Positions 10,495 to 18,957 of a DNA stretch of 22,673 nt are shown piece by piece. The position numbers were made by a program, and so were the translations under genes. A model generated the notes under the pieces. That model did no database searches and was not told the DNA's origin. It saw only the letters and a program-made list of their open reading frames with translations. This stretch comes from Octopus sinensis. Lineage: Eukaryota. Every line of letters starts with the position of its first letter. Within the stretch, counting starts at the first letter, position 1. The DNA lies in the NCBI RefSeq assembly GCF_006345805.1, contig NW_021836794.1, positions 1-22,673 on the forward strand. Reading direction: 5' to 3'.

Positions 10495-11697
10495 GGGGGT
10501 ATGGAGAAAATCAGGTGTAGTGTTGGTGAATCTCAGGAAGCATGGAAGTTTTGAAGGATGCAGTGCTCCGACAACTAACAACTGATGCCGGCAGTTTGTT
10601 CCATGCTTGTGTGTGTATGGAGGGGAGAAGATCAGGTGTAGTGTTGGCGAATCTCAGGAAGCATGGACGTTTTGAAGGATGCAGTGCTCCGACAACTAAC
10701 ACTGATACCGGCAGTTTGTTCCATGCCTCAGTGTGTGTATGGAGGGAGAAGATCAGGTGTAGTGTTGGCGAATCTCAGGAAGCATGGAAGTTTTGAAGGA
10801 TGCAGTGCTCCGACAACTAACAACTGATGCCGGCAGTTTGTTCCATGCTTGTGTGTGTATGGATGGGAGAAAATGAAGTGTAGTGTTTGGTGAATCTCAG
10901 GAAGCATGGAAGTTTTGAAGGATGCAGTGCTCCGACAACTAACAACTATGCCGGCATTTTGTTCCATGCTTCAGCGTGAGTATGGAGGGAAAGATCAGGT
11001 GTAGTGTTGCGAATCTCAGGAAGCATGGAAGTTTTGAAGGATGCAGTGCTCCGACAACTACAAACAACTGATGCCGGCAGTTTGTTCCATGCTTGTGTGT
11101 GTATGGATGGGAGAAAATGAAGTGTAGTGTTGGTGAATCTCAGGAAGCATGGAAGTTTTGAAGGATGGTGCTCCGACAACTAACAACTGATGCCGGCATT
11201 TTGTTCCATGCTTCAGCGTGAGTATGGAGGGGAAAGATCAGGTGTAGTGTTGGCGAATCTCAGAAGCATGGAAGTTTTGAATTGCGTGCTCCGACAACTA
11301 CACTGATGCCGGCAGTTTGTTCCATGCTTGTGTGTGTATGATGGGAGAAATCAAGTGTAGTGTTGGTGAATCTCAGGAAGCATGGAAGTTTTGAAGGATG
11401 CAGTGCTCCGACAACTAACAACTGATGCCGGCAGTTTGTTCCATGCTTCAGCGTGTGTATGTAGCGGAGAAAATCAGGTGTAGTGTTGGCTAATCTCAGG
11501 AAGCATGGAAGTTTTTGAAGGATGCAGTGCTCCGACAACTAACAACTGATGCCGGCAGTTTGTTCCATGCTTCAGCGTGGTATGGAAGGGACAAAATCAG
11601 GTGTAGTGTTGGCGAATCTCAGGAAGCATGGAAGTTTTGAAGGATGCAGTGCTCCGATAACTAACAACTGATGCCGGCAGTTTGTTCCATGCTTCAG
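10495..11697 (-). repeat. Ten tandem ~120-bp units, each the extreme 3' end of the adjacent CR1-like LINE
   Basis: GTGTAGTGT recurs at about 10515, 10635, 10756, 10878, 10999, 11122, 11242, 11355, 11478 and 11601. The unit translates AWNKLPASVVSCRSTASFKTSMLPEIRQHYT* plus a short UTR. Confidence 0.93.
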
Positions 11698-12243
11698 CAA
11701 CTCTCAGCGTGAAAAAATGTTTCCTGAAGTCATGGGAGCTGTGCTGTTTTCTGACTTTCTAAATATGACCACGGGTGTTAGATGGGTGGAGTTTGAAAAG
11801 GTGCTCAGAGTTATTGTTTGTAAGATGGTTAATAATTTTATGGGTGTCTGCCAAGTCAGCTGCCAGACGTCGGTTTTCAATGTATCCATGCCCAGGGAAG
11901 TAAGGCGTTCAGAATATGGCAAATTCCTGATGGAGGGTATTCTTTTGGTTGCACATCGCTGAACGGCTTCCAGACGATTGATATCCTGGGCAAGAAAGGG
12001 GTTCCAGACCGGTGATGCAAATTGCAGGTGAGATCTTACCATAGCTATATAAAGCCGCAGATAGATAGTCGGAGAGCGGCTCACAAAGGACTTGGTGAGT
12101 GATGCCAAGACACCCTCGGCCTTCTTGGCAATTTTAGCAATGTGTTTTGTCCAACACGAATCTCTGTCGACAATAATACCCAGGTCACGTTCACAAGAAG
12201 ACTTTTTGAGATTAGTGTTGTGGAGGGAGTAATTGGACGCTGG
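11580..12243 (-). mobile_element. CR1-like LINE 3' fragment (family 3), 5'-truncated
   Basis: Translation ERDLGIIVD..WTKHIAKIAKKA..LYIAMVRSHLQFASPVWNP..LEAVQRCATKRI..YSERL, then after a frameshift TRGH..FFTLRVAEAWNKLP. Confidence 0.88.
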
Positions 12244-12420
12244 GTAGTAAAAAATTATAGAAAAGAAGGAAGGAAAATCAATGTTTTTTCGTCCTCTCTT
12301 CCGTTGTCACTTTTCATGATGAATATTTTAATTATTATTGTTGAAGCTGTTGTCATCGTCTTATTCTTGTTCTTGCATTGTTGCTGTTGTTGTTATAGCA
12401 ATTGCTGCTGATTTTTTTGT

Positions 12421-15035
12421 GCGCCCTTTTCAAGCCTAGCCTAACCCTAACCCTCATGGGCCCGGTTTCCCGGTTTCTGTGGCGTATGTGTTCCCCCACC
12501 CTCTGCGTTACCCAAGAAACAGGAAGAAAGTATGAGAGAAAGTTGGGGCGAAAAAGTAGAACAGGGGGTCGCCACCGACCCCTGCCGGAGCCTCGTGGAG
12601 CTTTTAGGTGTTTTCGCTCAATAAACACACACAACGCCCGGTCTGGGAATCGAAACCGCGATCCTCCGACCACGAGTCCGCTGCCCTAACCACTGGGCCA
12701 TTGCGCCTCCATAAAAATTTCGCCCTTTTCAAGCCTAGCCGGGCTCGTGGGCCCGGTTTCCCGGTTTCTGTGGCGTATGTGTTCCCCCTCCCCTCAGCGT
12801 TACCCAAGAAACAGAAAGAGAGAGTGAGAAAAAGTTCTGGCAAATGAGTACAACAGGGGTCGCCACCGACCCCTACCGGAGTCTCGTAGAGCTTTTAGGC
12901 GTTTTCGCTCAATTGAAGCACTCCGTCGGTTACGACGACGAGGGCTCCGTTTGATCCGAATCAACGGAACAGCCTGCTCGTGAAATTAACGTGTAAGTGG
13001 CTGAGCACTCCACAGACACGTGCACCCTTAACGTAGTTCTCGGGGATATTCAGCGTGACACAGAGAGTGACAAGGCCGGCCCTTTGAAATACAGGTACAA
13101 CAGAAACAGGAAGTAAGAGTGAGAGAAAGTTGTGGTGAAAGAGTACAACAGGGGTCCCCACAATCCCCTGCAGGAGCACTCCGTCGGTTACGACGATGAG
13201 AGTTCCGGTTGATCCGAATCAACGGAACAGCCTGCACGTGAAATTAACGTGTAAGTGGCTGAGCACTCCACAGACACGTGCACCCTTAACGGAGTTCTCG
13301 GGGATATTCAGCGTGACACAGAGAGTGACAAGGCCGGCCCTTTGAAATACAGGTACAACAGAAACAGGAAGTAAGAGTGAGAGAAAGTTGTGGTGAAAGA
13401 GTACAACAGGGGTCCCCACAATCCCCTGCAGGAGCACTCCGTCGGTTACGACGATGAGAGTTCCGGTTGATCCGAATCAACGGAACAGCCTGCACGTGAA
13501 ATTAACGTGTAAGTGGCTGAGCACTCCACAGACACGTGCACCCTTAACGGAGTTCTCGGGGATTTCAGCGTGACACAGAGAGTGACAAGGCCGGCCCTTT
13601 GAAATACAGGTACAACAGAAACAGGAAGAAAGAGTGAGAGAAAGTTGTGGTGAAAGAGTACAACAGGGGTCGCCACCGACCCCTGCCGGAGCCTCGTGGA
13701 GCTTTTAGGTGTTTTCGCTCAATAAACACTCACAACGCCCGGTACAACAGGTACAACAGAAACAGGAAGAAAGAGTGAGAGAAAGTTGTGGTGAAAGAGT
13801 ACAACAGGGGTCGCCACCGACCCCTGCCGGAGCCTCGTGGTGCTTTTAGGTGTTTTCGCTCAATAAACACTCACAACGCCCGGTACAACAGGTACAACAG
13901 AAACAGGAAGAAAGAGTGAGAGAAAGTTGTGGTGAAAGAGTACAGCAGGGATCACCACCACCCCCAGCAGGAGCACTCCGTCGGTTACGACGATGAGGGT
14001 TCCAGTTGATCCGAATCAACGGAACAGCTTCCTCGTGAAATTAACGTGTAAGTGGCTGAGCACTCCACAGACACGTGTACCCTTAACGTAGTTCTCGGGG
14101 ATATTCAGCGTGACACAGAGAGTGACAAGGGCGGCCCTTTGAAATACAGGTACAACAGAAACAGGAAGTAAGAGTGAGAGAAAGTTGTGGTGAAAGAGTA
14201 CAACAGGGATCACCACAATCCCCTGCCGGAGCCTCGCGGAGCTTTTAGGTGTTTTCGCTCAATAAACACACTCAACGCCCGGTCTGGGAATCGAAACCGC
14301 GATCCTTCGACCACGAATCCGCTGCCCTAACCACTGGGCCATTGCGCCTCCACAAAATAAATTCGCCCATTTCAAGCCTAGCCGGGCTCATGGGCTGGGT
14401 TTCCCGGTTTCTGTGGCGTATGTGACCTCCACCCCAGAAGGACGGGACGTTACCCAAGAAACAGAAAGAGAGAGTGAGAGAAAGTTGTGGCAAATGAGTA
14501 CAACAGGGGTCGCCACCGACCCCTGCCGGAGCCTCGTGGAGCTTTTAGGCGTTTTCGCTCAATAAACACACACAACGCCCGGTACAACAGGTACAACAGA
14601 AACAGGAAGTAAGAGCGAGAGAAAGTTGTGTTGAAAGAGTACAACAGGGGTCGCCACAATCCCCTGCCGGAGCCTCGCGGAGCCTTTAGGTGTTTTCGCT
14701 CAATAAACACACTCAACGCCCGGTCTGGGAATCGAAACCGCGATCCTTCGACCACGAATCCGCTGCCCTAACCACTGGGCCATTGCGCCTCCACATGTGT
14801 ATATATATATAGGCTGGCTCTTTGAAATACAGGTACAACAGAAACAGGAAGTAAGAGCGAGAGAAAGTTGTGGTGAAAGAGTACAACAGGGGTCGCCACC
14901 GACCCCTGCCGGAGCCTCGTGGAGCTTTTAGGCGTTTTCGCTCAATAAACACACACAACGCCCGGTCTGGGAATCGAAACCGCGATCCTCCGACCTCGAG
15001 TCCGCTGCCCTAACCACCGGGCCATTGCGCATCCA
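12421..15035 (-). mobile_element. Cluster of tRNA-derived SINEs and tandemly duplicated SINE modules
   Basis: Four tRNA-like heads (12635-12711, 14276-14352, 14717-14793, 14959-15035), mostly with A-box TGGCCCAGTGG and B-box-like GGTTTCGATTCC. Tail-1 modules start at 12915, 13173, 13431 and 13970. Tail-2 modules lie at ~12421, 12721 and 14363. A 141-bp internal unit starts at 13743, 13884 and 14583. Confidence 0.85.
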
Positions 15036-15100
15036 CTGCAGTTTTTTTTTTAGTGTTCTTGCTATTGCTGGAGTCGCCGAGAATTCAAATAGCTTTGTGC

Positions 15101-15128
15101 TTGTTGTTGTTGTTGTTGTTGTTGTTGT
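15101..15128. repeat. (GTT)n microsatellite
   Basis: Direct reading. Confidence 0.9.
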
Positions 15129-15374
15129 AGGTGTGTTTCAATGAAAATTCAATAAAAGTAGATGTGGAAGGAACATTGGTGGAGCTTAAAAGACTTCGTC
15201 CTGTTTCGGGTGCACAGTAAAGGCTCCGCGGCCCCGGAAGTACTTGGACCCTTTATCGAGAGCAGTCGACTGCAAAAAACAACAAAAAAACGAAAAATAA
15301 AAATATAATTAAATAAAAAGCAATAAAAAACGTAAAACTGTTTCAATTCCATTTTTTTTATGAAAAAAAAATTC

Positions 15375-16520
15375 GTTTCAGTCATTTCACTGCGGCCATG
15401 CTGGAGCACCGCCTGCCTTTAGCCGAGCAAATCGACCCCGGGACTTATTCTTTGTAAGCCTAGTACTTATTCTATCGGTCTCTTTTGCCGAACCGCTAAG
15501 TGACGGGGACGTAAACACACCAGCATCGACCCTGGGACTTATTCTTTGTAAGCCCAGTACTTATTCTATCGGTCTGTTTTGCCGAACCGCTAAGTGACGG
15601 GGACGTAAACACACCAGCATCGACCCTGGACTTATTCTTTGTAAGCCCAGTACTTATTCTATCGGTCTGTTTTGCCGAACCGCTAAGTGACGGGGACGCA
15701 AACACACCAGCATCGACCCTGGGACTTATTCTTTGTAAGCCCAGTACTTATTCTATCGGTCTCTTTTGCCGAACCGCTAAGTGACGGGGACGTAAACACA
15801 CCAGCATCGACCCTGGGACTTATTCTTTGTTAGCCCAGTACTTATTCTATCGGTCTCTTTTGCCGAACCGCTAAGTGACGGGGACGTAAATACACCAGCA
15901 TCGACCCCGGGACTTATTCTTTGTAAGCCCAGTACTTATTCTATCGGTCTCTTTTGCCGAACCGCTAAGTGACGGGGACGTAAACACACCAGCATCGACC
16001 CCGGACTTATTCTTTGTAAGCCTAGTACTTATTCTATTGGTCTCTTTTGCCGAACCGCTAAGTGACGGGGACGTAACACACCAGCATCGACCCTGGGACT
16101 TATTCTTTGTAAGCCCAGTACTTATTCTATCGGTCTGTTTTGCCGAACCGCTAAGTGACGGGGACGTAAACACACCAGCATCGACCCTGGGACTTATTCT
16201 TTGTAAGCCCAGTACTTATTCTATCGGTCTCTTTTGCCGAACCGCTAAGTGACGGGGACGTAAACACACCAGCATCGACCCCGGGACTTATTCTTTGTAA
16301 GCCCAGTACTTATTCTATCGGTCTCTTTTGCCGAACCGCTTAGTGATGGGGACGTAAACACACCAGCATCGACCCTGGGACTTATTCTTTGTTAGCCAGT
16401 ACTTATTCTATCGGTCTCTTTTGCCGAACCGCTAAGTGACGGGGACGTAAACACACACCAGCATCGACCCGGGACTTATTCTTTGTAAGCCCAGTACTTA
16501 TTCTATCGGTCTCTTTTGCC
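15375..16520 (-). repeat. SINE 3' end followed by 11.6 tandem copies of a ~94-bp internal SINE segment
   Basis: ATCGACCC starts at 15431, 15525, 15619, 15712, 15806, 15900, 15994, 16086, 16180, 16274, 16368 and 16463. The last unit is interrupted at 16520. Confidence 0.95.
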
Positions 16521-16589
16521 GCGTATGTACTAACAAAAATGCGTGTGTGCAACAAACTAGAAAAAATTGCGAGGATGGTGAAAAGGATA

Positions 16590-16669
16590 ATGTGGGACCT
16601 GCGCAGGTTTCAGATTTTTCAAGATATGTCTGCCCACATATACTTGATCTATCTTCATCAGCCAAACAT
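16590..16669 (-). ncRNA. Type I hammerhead ribozyme (canonical CUGAUGA core)
   Basis: Minus strand reads AUGUUUGG-CUGAUGA-AGAU..[hairpin]..AUCU-GAAA-CCUGCGCAGG-UC^CCACAU. Stem III is the 12-nt palindrome ACCUGCGCAGGU. Predicted cut between 16596 and 16595. Confidence 0.8.
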
Positions 16670-17261
16670 ATACCACGACAACCTTTCAGATGTTACCACT
16701 TTAATGCCATTACACTCGACTGAAACGCCGAAACGCTAACAGCACGAGAACGGTGAAGAAGTTTCAATAAATTAGTAATGCAATACTAGAGTATTGCTTT
16801 CCAGTAAAGAATAGCCCGTGAGGGAAAAATATACAAAGAAGTAAATATATGGCCCAACGAAGTACCGATATTTACTGGAAATAGCGAACGTAATAATACG
16901 ACGCTAATGTATAGCTTCACCGCGTATGTAATAGCAAAAATGTTCTCCCTGGAGGTAAGACAATTTTTTCTAGTTTGTTGCACACACGCATTTTTGCTAT
17001 TACATACGCGGTGAAGCTATACATTAGCGTCGTATTATTACGTTCGCTATTTCCAGTAAATATCGGTACTTCGTTGGGCCATATATTTACTTCTTTGTAT
17101 ATTTTCCCCTCACGGGCTACTTTTTACTGGAAAGCAATACTCTAGTATTGCATTACTAATTTATTGAAACTTCTTCACCGTTCTCGTGCTGTTAGCGTTT
17201 CGGCGTTTCAGTCGAGTGTAATGGCATTAATGTGGTAACATCTGAAAGGTTGTCGTGGTAT

Positions 17262-17341
17262 ATGTTTGGCTGATGAAGATAGATCAAGTATATGTGGGCA
17301 GGCATATCTTGAAAAATCTGAAACCGGCGCCGGTCCCTTAT
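17262..17341 (+). ncRNA. Type I hammerhead ribozyme (canonical CUGAUGA core), second copy
   Basis: CUGAUGA 17270-76. Stem II AGAU (17277-80) / AUCU (17316-19), capped by the hairpin UCAAG-U-AUAUG/CAUAU-CUUGA. GAAA 17320-23. Palindrome ACCGGCGCCGGU 17323-34. GUC 17333-35. Stem I is weaker than in the other copy. Confidence 0.75.
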
Positions 17342-17522
17342 TATCCTTTTCTAGGTATTTCATCTTTCAGATGTTCTCCCTGGAGGTAAGACAATTTTTT
17401 CAAGTTTGTTGCACACACGCATTTTTGCTAGTACATACGCGGTGAAGCTATACATTAGCGTCGTATTATTACGTTCGCTATTTCCAGTAAATATCGGTAC
17501 TTCATTGTGCCATATATTTACT

Positions 17523-17524
<2 letters not shown>

Positions 17525-17605
<81 letters not shown>
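17525..17605. repeat. (CT)n(AT)n microsatellite
   Basis: Direct reading. Confidence 0.95.
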
Positions 17606-17607
<2 letters not shown>

Positions 17608-17629
17608 ATGTATGTGTATTGTGTGTTTG

Positions 17630-17828
17630 TTGTGTGTCTGTGTTTGTCCCCCTAGCATTGCCTGACAACCGATGCTGGTTGTTTATGTCCCTGTCACTTA
17701 GCGGTTCGGCAAAAGAGACCGATAGAATAAGTACTGGGCTCACAAAGAATAAGTCCCGGGGTCGAGTTGCTCGATTAAAGGCGGTGCTCCAACATGGCCG
17801 CAATCAAATGACTGAAACAAGTAAAAAC
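17630..17828 (+). mobile_element. SINE 3' half (same family as 15375-16520, opposite orientation)
   Basis: GACAACCGATGCTGG..CTTAGCGGTTCGGCAAAAGAGACCGATAGAATAAGTACT..GGCGGTGCTCCAACATGGCCGCAATCAAATGACTGAAACAAG is the reverse complement of the array unit and its end. Confidence 0.9.
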
Positions 17829-17835
17829 AAGAAAA

Positions 17836-18951
<1,116 letters not shown>

Positions 18952-18957
18952 TAGATA

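Larger units (their letters stand above)
16519..17524. mobile_element. Inverted plus partial-tandem 431-bp element with hammerheads (Penelope-like pLTR / retrozyme-type)
   Basis: Forward unit starts ATGTTCTCCCTGGAG at 16940 and again at 17371 (period 431). Inverted arm 16580-16942 mirrors 16989-17351, and 16519-16569 mirrors 17392-17442. Confidence 0.8.

Noticed and set aside
12635-15035. Four tRNA-like sequences as tRNA genes
   Set aside because: The acceptor stem does not pair, the B box is altered, and each continues into a shared SINE body.
15176-15241. HDV-like ribozyme fold on the minus strand (GGAGC/GCUCC, hairpin AGGAC/GUCUU), and an ETS-like CCGGAAGT at 15234-41
   Set aside because: P1 and P3 cannot be paired properly and U stands where the catalytic C should be. 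A single 8-mer is not evidence of a promoter.
10495-16520. Regular arrays (120-bp, 94-bp) as possible CRISPR arrays
   Set aside because: There are no unique spacers and no cas genes; the units are LINE- or SINE-derived in a eukaryotic context.
16721-16745. CTGAAACGCCGAAACG as an antisense hammerhead in the 431-bp unit
   Set aside because: The core is not CUGANGA or a 3:8-paired variant, and there is no stem II.
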